A stretch of 64,000 bases of DNA from Ylistrum balloti (lineage: Eukaryota), in assembly GCF_031769215.1 (NCBI RefSeq), contig NW_026782299.1:2542001-2606000 (forward strand). Direction: 5' to 3'. Below, one piece after another: positions 35,701-48,000 of the stretch; positions within the stretch are counted from its first letter, which is position 1; each line of letters starts with the position of its first letter. The notes under the pieces were generated by a model that worked only from the letters and a program-made list of their open reading frames with translations, was not told the origin of the DNA and made no database searches. The translations under genes were made by a program, and so were the position numbers.

Positions 35701-36856
35701 ATAAATCGCCATCACTGCGATACTAAAAGTAGATTTAGAATTTTGGTATTTATGAGAACGGAATTGAAGTATGATACAGTTCGAGTCATTTTTTGCAAGA
35801 ACAAAATCTAGTTTCGTTGGAAATGGAATCCTGGATACGCAAATTACTATTCTGACTTTCTAATCAACTAATAAAGATAAATAAAAAAACATAACAAACA
35901 TACAACTTCTCATGTTTATTTAAATATTTTTCGTTATTAAATAACCTCAGGTAAAAAGAGTATTTACAATACATATATCTCAGATCTTACGATGTTTCTT
36001 CAAATATCATTTATTTATTTGCTTGAATACTAATAAAATGATTGAACAATATATAAATACTAAATTACCTCAAACGTGCTCATTATTTATATAGGTCTGT
36101 TCAGCGTCATCGACGACAGCAACCATATAAACATTGGTCAATCCAAATAAGTAATGCCACGCTCGCAAATGAGAACAATGCATTCCACAACGGCACCAAC
36201 AGACAAACTAACGAACATCTAACACGTTCAGCTTTATGTCGCATAAAGAAGTAGGATATTTCTCAGTGCGATCACTATGGCGACCATAAAACTTCCCAAT
36301 AATTATCATCAATCTGCATTTTTGGAATCTTTGTGTTACTGTATACTTTTACGGGAAGGAACTATAACAAAAATTAAAAATCATCCTCAGGTAATTTTAT
36401 CTCAATTAAACACAGCTGACGATTTTTGCATGTCGCTAAGTTACAATTTTACAAGTTAATACAAGCAACACAGAATACAGAGACCCATATGTTATTATGG
36501 TGTACTTAAAACTTAAAACCGTCGGTCGAAAATTTCAACTCGGTTTAAATTATGACTTTTTTAACACGAGTAACATACAACCACGTGTGCATGAGACCGC
36601 CATTTCGGAAAGGTATTGCGTTTGAAAAAAAATCTTTACAAAAAGAGGACAGAACATGTCTGATATTATGAAATGTTACCATTCACAAGAGCATGTATTA
36701 AAAATAACCCTCATAAAACACATCATACTGTAGTTGTCGCACGTGAAGAAATGGATGTTGCTAGTTCGTCCCAAAACACAACATTACCATGCAAGTCACC
36801 ACGGGGATACTCGATATAGGTTTTGCTCTCAATAATATCCAGTAACGACAGTGGTA
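32755..36856. repeat. Segmental duplication copy 2 (TLR-B downstream region without the LTR element)
   Basis: Matches 18372-20927 plus 27950-28625. Empty insertion site ATTCC at 36182-36186. Confidence 0.95.
36723..36856 (-). pseudogene. Truncated TLR 3' end (last 44 codons plus stop), TLR-B type
   Basis: No difference seen from 28492-28625; breaks off at the inversion junction. Confidence 0.92.
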
Positions 36857-37222
36857 GCACCAAAGAGACTTCATATTAGGGGAAGACATAGCCCAGAACA
36901 TCACCAAGGCTATCCACCAAAGCAGGAAAACTGTTATCATATTCTCCCGGAACTATCTTAATTCGTACTGGTGTATGTTCGAATTTAACATGGCTCGAAT
37001 GGAGAGTATATATTCTAGGGGAGACGACTCCGTCCTTTTATTGGTGTTCTATGAGGATATTCCGCCTCGAGATTTACCACTGTCGTTACTGGATAATATT
37101 GAGAGCAAAACCTATATCGAGTATCCCCGTGGTGACTTGCATGGTAATGCCGTGTTTTGTGACGAATTGGCGTCATCCATTTCTTCATGTACGGCAACTA
37201 CATGGTGATGTTGTGTTTTATA
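36857..37222 (+). pseudogene. Inverted TIR-domain fragment (HQRDFILGED...SSCTATTW-stop plus start of 3' UTR)
   Basis: Plus-strand copy of the TIR C-terminal part with no 5' part. Mostly amino-acid-changing substitutions (P>L, N>K, L>F, G>D, I>N, V>A, W>C, R>C). Confidence 0.92.
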
Positions 37223-37224
37223 TA

Positions 37225-38380
37225 TGGCCCATTCCTATCTACCAAAGTTACTGTCCTGTCGTCGTATAGGTTGGTAACCGGTGGGTGCAGATTTACTTCC
37301 CTCATGTGGCCCTGCCCCTCCTACTCTTTGGGACCTCTCAGGCCCCAGAGGTTGAGATCAACTTTTTACACAAATTCGACTATCTTAGGAACAAAATACC
37401 TACATCATAATAGAAAAAGATCCATTTTAGAGCTAAAGTTTATCCCCCCATCCTTGAGCACTGTCTCTCTAGTCCCACAAACTTACCATTTATACAAAAC
37501 TGATTCTCCTTCCCCCATGGATGCTTCAGACCAAATATGAACAAAATGCAATCATTTCTACAGCAAAAGGAAGATTTAGAGAGCTATTCAAATTTCTCAG
37601 TTTATGTCCCGCCTGTAAGGCCCCTTGAGGTCTAGACACAACCTTTGCACGAAATTGATTCCCCTCCTAAGAAAATACTTCAAACCAGATTTAGTCAAAA
37701 TTTGCTAAGTTATTTATGACTAGAGGCAATTTAAAGGGAAAAAGGTTGAGAGAAAATAGAAGATAGGCTGACGCTGACGACAGACGCTTTGTCATGATAT
37801 AAGCTAACAGGTCCTTCAGACCAGATGACCTTATAATAATAGTATTTTACATAGAGATTGGGTTGCTAATGCAGCTTGGTTAAAACCTTTCATCTCGTTT
37901 TTAGATCACCTGGTCCAAATTTCGTCTAAAGCATTCTTGGGTGAAGTGGAATTGATATTGTATAAACAACAAACCTGAAACCCTTAGGTCGGAGCCCAAT
38001 ACAGCAAATTGTTTAAAATCCTACTCCTCCAGCAGGAATGTTTGGATTTTGCCCAAATTTTGTCTGAAGCATTTTTGGGTGAATGGGATTCATTCTGTAT
38101 AAAAGGTGCGTCTTGAACCCTTGGGGCAGGAGGAGCATAACTAATCTAATTGAAAATAGAACAAATTATTTAAAATCCTTCTTCAGTAGGAATAGCAGCA
38201 TTATGTCTCAATTTGATCTAACATGAATGGGCTCTCTAGGAACTGAGCCCGACAGGGAAAATTGATATGTTGTGTACTGAATGCTTGGATACTTGGAATT
38301 CCTTTTCCTTCAGTTTTGTTTCGAAGAAATAATTTCAGCCAAAGCCAGGGGAGTGATACATGCCCTATGGTCCTCTTGTT
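37225..38380. mobile_element. Two mollusc-type non-autonomous elements (Helitron/Helentron-associated HINE-like)
   Basis: Terminal motifs GACAGACGC...CATGATATAAGCTAACAGGTCCTTCAGACCAGATGACC (about 37833), TTTTTAGATCACCTGGTCC (37898) and GATACATGCCCTATGGTCCTCTTGTT (38380) resemble, from memory, ends of common bivalve elements. Confidence 0.4.
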
Positions 38381-40930
38381 CTGTATTCAGCTAGAGAAGC
38401 TTGCATGACATAACAAATATCTGGGATTTGAGTTATAACTGTTGGCCAATATTAGAACAACTTTGACATAAATTCTATGTATCTTTTTATAAAAAGAATT
38501 TTTATTTCATAAAAACAAATAAAAACATGATATGGCACATTGATGTCTATAATACTGAGGTCATTCATCAGTTTTTGTAAATACATCTGTGATTTTAAAT
38601 GGAAATTGATTCATAAATAAACATTAAGCCATTTTTTAAGAAAATCTTATTGTCTCTACATGTATAGCATTATGCATTTTAATTGACATAACAATTAGTC
38701 GGTTCCCATTTTCCCATTTACACTGAGGACACTATGATAAGAGGCAGTTGCCACCATAGTCTATAATACCCTGTGCCTAAGCCTACAACATACTGACAAA
38801 TAGCTTTGACATTTTTTATCAATTTGGAAATGTATTCTGTATATTCAATGTCAAATTTACAAAATTAAATACTTAAAGAAAGAAATAAAAAGTGTTGGTT
38901 ACTTTGTTTTTCCACACACTTTTTCTCACAGCTGGATTTTTAGCCATGTGACATTCGAAGATTAGTGGTATTTTTTACAATTATCAGTGTCATAAAAAGG
39001 GCAAAAACTCTGTAGTTTTTATTGGATAATTTTTGGGACTTCAGAGTCAAAGAACTATCATTCAGTAACTGAAAAATGCAACATAAAAAATCATATATTC
39101 CATTTTCCAAAACTATATAAACCCATAAAGTTTTGTTGGCTTAAGTAAAAATCACAAATGAATTATGATATAGGTAAAACATGTGAAACGGTTATATGAA
39201 ACAGTAACTTCAAATTATAACTGTCACAATCAAAGATGGATACCTGTCTGCCATATTTTTCATTAGAGTCCAACTGAACAATGTACAAGTAGGGATCCTG
39301 AGAAAGTAGGTATAAAATATGAGAAAATTCATCCAGTAACTCTCAAGTAATAGCAATTAGAAATTGTAATAACAAACTATCATATTGTGTGTACTGTACT
39401 GCCAAAATCCAAGATGGCCACCTGTCTACCTCTTTGTTTCTGAATCAGTCCCAAAATTGGACAATGAACAACTTGGGGCCAAGGAGAACCTTCATAAGAA
39501 ATTTGAAATGTCCATCAAGTACTTATCAAGGAATAGCAATAACACAAACTGTTTAAGTACAAATCAACCATGGACAACAGATCACCAACCATGGACAACA
39601 GATCACCAACCATGGACGAAGAGTGAATAAAACAGCCCATCTTCAGATGATAATAATAATTACTTCAATACAAAAAGTCCAATCAAGTTATGATTTTGGT
39701 GATGTTGGAATAATGGAAAATATGGTCAATGCAATGATAAAAGATAGTGTAACAAACAGCCATGTCATGTCTTATGATATAGGATGATAAGATTTAGCCA
39801 ACAGATCACAGTCCACAAGGAAATAACTTTGAGTGACAGTCTAGTACTGTGATAAGTCAATATAATAATAGTTGTACACACAGATGTGACAGTTGGAAAT
39901 TAATCTGATCTTTTCATGTGTATAAAATTTAAATCAACATATCTGATGAAACAAGGCCAAAATATGCAAACAAAATAACTATTTACACAGCGACTGAAAA
40001 ATGTACAGTCGAAATGAAACCAAGTATACTGAAAGGGTAAAAATTTTCTGCTTCATCACTGACACCTGTCCTGTACACCTTGATCAATCTAAGTAATGTC
40101 ACTCTCCTCAAGGGAGAGTACAGTAAACAACAACAAAACCACAAGGAATACTAATGAGCATTTAATATGTCACACAAAGAAATATAATATTTCTTAATGA
40201 AATCATTATGGCAACCATATGTACCATATGTACATGTTCATTTTAATGTCTCTACACAAATTAACTATAGGATAACAAGAAAACCAAATATCAACTTCTT
40301 ACTCTAATCGCTCAGTGTATTTTGCTACACAGAATAAAAGGAAATTACACCCAAAATTCAAACATCCGAACAAAATACTGAACAAAAATTTTATGTAAAA
40401 CATAAATAGATATGAGATGTAAAAGATAAAAAAAAAATTCTAATATAACTAACTTGACATTTTCTTTTAGACCACATCAAGTGTGATCTGAAGCTTTACA
40501 TACAATACTAAAACGATTAGATGTTGTGACTTTCCAAAATTAAATCCACGAAAAAACAATTACAGTAAAAATTATTGAATACAATCCAGACTAAGTAAAA
40601 CTTTCAATTCTACAGAAACTACAAGGACAATTATAATCCTTGAAATAAACAATAAAAATAAAGATATAACAATTTGGCACAATGGAACCCTGCAGAATTT
40701 GTATTACCTAATTGGATATTTTAACACAATTGACTTTTATGCTTTAAAAGATAAGAGATAAAAGATAAAGAAAAGGGTTGTAGTGAAAAATACATTAAAA
40801 AGACATACACTTTATTTATTTTACAATAATTGCTACAACAAGTTTTTCCAACATTCATTAACCCTCTTCTGAAACCCATTACTGAAACAAGCATATCTTG
40901 GCTAATAATAAAGATATAAAAATGGTCCAC

Positions 40931-41400
40931 TTTAGTCGCCTAGGGTGGCCTGTCTGCATGTCGACTTTAGTCACCTACGGCGGCCTGTCTACATGTCAAC
41001 TTAAGTCACCTACAGCGGGCTGTCTGCATGTCGACTTAAGTCACCTACAGCGGGCTGTCTGCATGTCGACTTAAGTCACCTACGGCGGGCTGTCTGCATG
41101 TCGACTTAAGTCACCTACGGCGGGCTGTCTGCATGTCGACTTTAGTCACCTACGGCGGCCTGTCTGCATGTCGACTTTAGTCACCTACGGCGGCCTGTCT
41201 GCATGTCGACTTTAGTCACCTACAGCGGGCTGTCTGCATGTCGACTTTAGTCACCTACGGCGGCCTGTCTACATGTCGACTTTAGTCGCCTACGGCGGCC
41301 TGTCTGCATGTCGACTTAAGTCGCCTACGGCGGCCTGTCTGCATGTCGACTTAAGTCGCGTACGGCGGCCTGCCTGCATGTCGACTTTAGTCGCCTATAG
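40931..41400. repeat. 35-bp GC-rich tandem array, about 13 copies
   Basis: Unit TTTAGTCACCTACGGCGGCCTGTCTGCATGTCGAC. Confidence 0.95.
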
Positions 41401-41415
41401 CACTGAAAGGGTTAA

Positions 41416-41599
41416 TGACTCTAGTTGGCCCGAATGGAAGCATGCCAGGGGCCTTACTGTAGGAGGAAACCGCAGTACCCAAGGAAAACCCACATGGTCT
41501 TGGCAGGTGACCCCTTACCTTTTGATAATTGTTTCCGGAAGTGAACCCAAGATGTCTCTGTGAAAGGCGAGTGCATAACCACTGTGCCACCTTACCACT
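41416..41599 (-). mobile_element. tRNA-derived V-domain SINE
   Basis: Head GGTGGCACAGTGGTTATGCACTCGCC...GGGTTCACTTCC followed by V-domain-like GTGGGTTTTCCTTGGGTACTGCGGTTTCCTCC. Confidence 0.75.
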
Positions 41600-41686
41600 C
41601 AAAAATATACATACAAATGATAAAAAACATGTGTCTACTTTCATGTGTGATAAAACATTAAATCATAAAAATCAAATGAACAAAAC

Positions 41687-42810
41687 TTAACAACAAAGAC
41701 AATACACTTCAAAAATATAGGTGTAAAACATGAATGTATACTTAAACATACAGTAACAACAAGGACAATACACTTCAAAACAATAGGTGTAAAACATGAA
41801 TGTATACTTTAACATACAGTAACAACAAAGACAATACACTTCAAAAATATAGGTGTAAAACATGAATGTATACTTAACAAACATACAGTAACAACAAAGA
41901 CAATACACTTCACAAATATAGGTGTAAAACATGAATGTATACTTAAACATACAGTAACAACAAGGACAATACACTTCAAAAATATAGGTGTAAAACAAGA
42001 ATGTATACTTAAACATACAGTAACAACAAGGACAATACACTTCAAAACAATAGGTGTAAAACATGAATGTATACTTTAACATACAGTAACAACAAAGACA
42101 ATACACTTCAAAAATATAGGTGTAAAACATGAATGTATACTTTAACATACAGTAACAACAAAGACAATACACTTCAAAAATATAGGTGTAAAACATGAAT
42201 GTATACTTAAACATACAGTAACAACAAGGACAATACACTTCAAAAATATAGGTGTAAAACATGAATGTATACTTAAACATACAGTAACAACAAGGACAAT
42301 ACACTTCAAAAAAATAGGTGTAAAACATGAATGTATACTTTAACATACAGTAACAACAAAGACAATACACTTCAAAAATATAGGTGTAAAACATGAATGT
42401 ATACTTTAACATACAGTAACAACAAAGACAATACACTTCAAAAATATAGGTGTGAAACATGAATGTAACATACAGTAACAACAAAGACAATACACTTCAA
42501 AAATATAGGTGTGAAACATGAATGTATACTTTAACATACAGTAACAACAAAGACAATACACTTCAAAAATATAGGTGTGAAACATGAATGTATACTTAAA
42601 CATACAGTAACAACAAAGACAATACACTTCAAAAATATAGGTGTGAAACATGAATGTAACATACAGTAACAACAAAGACAATACACTTCAAAAATATAGG
42701 TGTGAAACATGAATGTATACTTAAACATACAGTAACAACAAAGACAATACACTTCAAAAATATAGGTGTAAAACATGAATGTATACTTTAACATACAGTA
42801 ACAACAAAAA
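41687..42810. repeat. 66-bp tandem array, about 17 copies
   Basis: Unit AACAACAAAGACAATACACTTCAAAAATATAGGTGTAAAACATGAATGTATACTTTAACATACAGT. Produces the 22-aa periodic Cys/Tyr ORFs. Confidence 0.97.
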
Positions 42811-43339
42811 ATATTACAGGGTACTGAACAAAGCATTGATAAGAATCACAAGAAGATCTTATACAGTGTTTCAGGTATTCAATTTCTTGGAACAAGATTT
42901 CACACAAATGTAAGAAAAATGTTCAATTAAACTTGTAAGATTGAATTAAAACCACAACACCACACACATACACAAAAATAAGAATAAATTATTCCTATAA
43001 AAAGAAACTTCAAAGTGTAAAAAACAATTATAGACTCTGTCATTCTCTATGCAATAAATTGACCTATAAGATAGAAATTCAGAAAGCCATGGTCTTCATT
43101 CCTAATGAAAGGTTATAATCACTATCCAATACATCCAGCTGGTGAGAAAATATGAGTATTATATTGAAATACTGGTAGGTAAAAACAGTTAATATCTGCA
43201 CAATATGTGTTGGTAAATAATACTTAATATACACAGTATATCATTATAACAAAAAACCCTAACAAAAGTGTGGGATTACATTTGTTGTTTGTTAGGTTTA
43301 TCACCCTGGAACATACAGGATTATTTGGAATTGGTGTCT

Positions 43340-43445
43340 CCTTATAGCTGGTGACTACCTTACTGAATAACATATGGAGGGCCCATCATATGATATCCAG
43401 AGCAATTAAAGTTAACTGTCTTGCTCAAGGACACAACCATGACAC
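43340..43445 (-). mobile_element. CORE-SINE fragment
   Basis: TGTCTTGCTCAAGGACACAAC core motif. Confidence 0.5.
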
Positions 43446-45013
43446 TTAACCCTAATTCAGTGTTTAACCCTTTAATAACGTATATGTAGTTGTTTGATTA
43501 AGAAGGGCTAGCAATTTGCGGTGATAACAGCAAAGGTGCATACATGGGTACTAAATTTTGGGCATGTCAATTACATGGCTATTCTTAGGCAAGCAACATA
43601 CATTTCTTTATACTCTGATATATGTCAAATGTTTGCTAATCATTTAATTTTGTTCTATCTTTGATGGCTGGGCATATCACAAGTACCAATCCCCTGCTAA
43701 TATTACCAACTATACAGGCTGAAATGAGAAAATCATGGGTTTGCAATACTGATGAAGTGTAGTAATATATAAATTTTACAATCACCTGAGCATAACAGTA
43801 CCTGTGGCTATTGTGAAATGGAAGTGAGGTGAACTTCAGCCCTCCCCAAGTCATAAAGGCAGCATTCAATTCACTTTATCCAAAATCAATAATAAAACAA
43901 AAAGAGGCCTAAAGGGCCTTAACAGTCACACAAATTCTATATATACCGTTGTTGTTCTAGTAACGTCATAGAAATCATCTTGTTAACAAAGTCAGACAAC
44001 AAGAACAACATTGTCCATATAATGAAAATGTAAATTCAACTCAACATCACATTAACTGCCATCCTGTATAAAGAATGTTGTTTTCCTTTATAAACAAGAT
44101 TACACAAAATGTGACATTATCCTCCGAGCCCCACTGTTTAAAAGAAAGACACACAATCAAATATATACATTAATATTACAACAACTTTAATTTCTATTTG
44201 TTATTTTTAATTGTTCTACACAAGGTATCATGCCTGAGAAAAGTTTTGAGTACCAGGTAATTACCTTGAATGGTTTAATAGAACTGGTCTGAAAAAAACT
44301 GAGCTTTGTAATTTGGCATATCTGTTTCCATGGTAACAGAAAACAGCAATGGTACAGAAAAACTGAAATTTGTGATGAGAGTTATTTGTGGTAACAGGAA
44401 AAAATTTGACTAGAGCACTAATCTACTATATAAACAGAGTTTCGTGCAGTTGAGTGGAATGGTTTGGAAGTTATAGCCCGGAAAGGAAAGTTAACACTAG
44501 CTTTTAGTTTTTTTAATATGTTTCCATGGTAACAGAAAAAGTATAAAGAATCAAATATTGACTTAAGTTAAAAAACACAGCTAACACACTTATTTCATAG
44601 TTTTGTGAAGTTGAGTTGAACATTTTTGAAGTTATAGCCTGGAAAAGCAGAAGAGAAGAATCAAGATTTTTTAAATTTGAGTAAATTTGATTCCTTTTGA
44701 ACCTGCACATCAGATGCTGGAGGTTAGTTAGGTTGATATGTACATACCATCAAATTGTCATCCTATACTTACAACTCTAACCAAATTTGAATTATTTCAA
44801 ACTTTGAGGGGAAAATCTGAGACCCTTTGATAATATTTTTTTCATGAATATCGTAAGATACTTTTCCAGCCATTAAAGAATACATGCAATTGATTCTATT
44901 ATATCTGACTTTTGTATGAGACCATTTGGGTCCAATTGACTGGACCCATTTGTCTCAGGTTGTTCTACCAACTTAGCTATTACAGCCCTTATGAAAAATG
45001 AGATGATAATCAA

Positions 45014-48000
45014 TTAAGAAGCATATACAGCTTCCCAGTAGGATGGAGGGGCATCTTGATCAGAACACTGGGGTCCTAAAACTGGTTGCAATTCACTTAA
45101 AGGAGGCGCTGATGGCTGTGATAGGGGTTGATGGTTCCCTAAGGATTCTATCTGTGATTCTGTTGAAGGCTGAACAAGGCGGGCATGCAATACCTCAACG
45201 TCCTGTCCTGTCCGATTTGAACATTGTCCCTGCGTCAAGTTTGACCTGTGACCTTCCATCTGGCGTGAACTGTAGTCGGCATTTATATATTCTGTTTTAG
45301 ATCTATATATTAGCACGGATATACAAATTACTATTGTACCAACAGCCAGTGCACCACCAATTATTATCCAGATCAGTTCTCTAAACTCGAAGACAGGACC
45401 TTTTCCAACTAAAAACAAAAAGAAAAACCAAAAACATGTTTAGTCATAAGCTGCATTTAAATATATCATATTTATCCTGCAAAAACACCAGGGATCAATG
45501 CATTATTTCTAAGAAGGCAGACTTATTACTGGACAATAAGCTCACAGAGCTAACATATTACCACAGACACAAGTCAGGGAATGGGCTTATTACTAGACAA
45601 TAAGCTCACGGATCTAATATATTACCACAGACACAAGTCAGGGAATGGGCTTATTACTGGACAATAAGCTCACAGAGCTAATATATTACCACAGACACAA
45701 GTCAGGGAATGGGCTTATTACTAGACAATAAGCTCACAGAGCTAATATATTACCACAGACACAAGTCAGGGAATGGGCTTATTACTAGACAATAAGCTCA
45801 CGGAGCTAATATATTACCACAGACACAAGTCAGGGAATGGGCTTATTACTAGACAATAAGCTCACGGAGCTAATATATTACCACAGACATAGTTTTACTG
45901 CTGAGGAACCATAAAACCATGGGTGAATTTCATATCGACAATATCAGTGACCTGCTCAAATCCCACTGTTTAATTAAATTTGATCATAATTAAGGACTTA
46001 AAAACTAAGTTTTGGAAGTTTGAAATATTGAACTAATGTTAATTAAAATCAAAGAATGCCACTTAAATGTATGAAATACAGGATACAGTATCATTATAAC
46101 GAAAAAAATGATCAGGCATGATGACGTTTTAGATCATACCTTGATTTTCGAAGACATCGTAAGTAGGAGTGTTTTCAACATTAGCCCTGACAAGCCACAC
46201 CTGTTGAAACTGGTCAACAAGAAATAAAGGTATACCACTTAACTAACCTCTAAAGGTGGTTAATGTTGAGAACACTTCTATTTATGATGTCTTTTTAATA
46301 ATATTGAATGACTCCCTGCATACCTGATTGTACCCATTCTCCAGCGATTAAACTATCTAAGGACCCTACTAATAAAATGGACTAATGTTGTCTCTTTCCC
46401 CCTTTTCGTTTTTTATTTTGAAAGGGTAAAACCAGATACAAAGGTACATTATTTACACCGACACTGGATACAGCCGAGACAAAGTCAAATGTATGTTATT
46501 TTCTAATAACACAAGGAACTGAAAAGCGTGGCATTATCCCCCACACCTTGTTGTTGGTGTAAATTCCAAGTATGATATATGTACACCAGTATAACAACTT
46601 GTGACTTCACTCAATGATGTACCGCTGCTATCACCTGCAGATCTAATTCAGTGCAAGCGAAAGTGCAAAATGTAACATCTTTTTTTTGTCAATTATCAAT
46701 TAAATTTCTTTGTATCTGCTCAACTCTAACATCTTATATATCTTCTATATATCAATCATATAGTAAGAGTTTATATCTTGTTGTAGATCCTGTGTGTTTG
46801 ACTGCTGATATTTGAATAGAGCCTGGTATTGTCCATAAACAAATTTATGCAACACCTTATAGGTTCTGGAGTAATACAAGAAGTCACAGAAAATTGAAAA
46901 ATTTTATTAGGAGAAAGATGAATAATAAAATGTCCTCAATAACAAAAGGCACAACTACAGCACTAACCTGTGGAGTTGATTCTAAGTTGTAACACTGAAT
47001 TGGGTTCTTTTTTTCCCTATGTTTCCATGGCAACAGAAAAAATGTAACAAAATTCAATGGGCACAACTAGAGACCAAACGGAACCTACATATGAAATTTG
47101 AGAGAGATCCATCAGGAACTTTTCAAGAAATAGCAATTTAACAGAGAAAAAAAATGTTTTTAGTATACCTAGGAAACTACATGTATTGTGTTCAATGTCT
47201 ATATTAATTAGGTTGCCCATGTCAACAAGGTTTTCTCATGAAACAAAAGCTGTCCCATCAACTGACAATATTGGTGTATGACCTTTTCTTACCCCCTTCT
47301 TCTTAAAAACATTGTCTGAATGTAAAATGTAAATATGTGGATTAGTAATTAGAGTTTTTATATTCACTGGTATGATATACAAAGGCTTACCTATACATAT
47401 ATCTAACGGTGTGTATTATACATAGGTAAGCAAATATATCTTACAAACCATTGAATGAAGAAATCTTTTACCTGATCCAAAGATAATCACTTTAGATCAG
47501 TGACACTAAAAATACATACCATAATTTGTGTCCTCTGTTTGTACCAAATGGATGTACTTGTCCTCTGTTAAATACAAGATAACAACAGTGTATCAGTTTT
47601 ATTACTGCCTTCCATTTGCACTTTCAGAAATCATTACATGTTATACACTGTGATATGATAGAGACCTAAAGTGTTAAACTGAGGCTCCACTTCAAAATGT
47701 AAAGATACTCAACAATCTCCACCCTCACAATAACTACATGGCTATTTTCTTCAACCTAAAGTTCTGAATTTGTTTCCGATCTCTATCAATTCTTAATCTT
47801 TTTCCTTCTTTCCTCTGCTATGCCCAACTTGGAACCAAAGGGAATATTCATATATTTGAGAATGTTCTAGAACTCCTAAAGAAACAGCTGTAACAAACTA
47901 TAATTTTCGAAATCCAAAATGGCTTTTTATTTTTCTGATCAGTCCTAAAATAGACTACGAAAATTTTGCTATCAAGGGGAACCTACATTAGAAGTATGCA

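Noticed and set aside
41687-42836. Cys/Tyr-rich 267-aa ORF as a metallothionein-like or structural protein
   Set aside because: Exact 22-aa period produced by the 66-bp tandem repeat; no start context or unique flanks.
46500-46650. Extra receptor exon after TCTGCAG (GDSSGTSLSEV...)
   Set aside because: It runs into a stop with no good donor, and the model is phase-complete without it.
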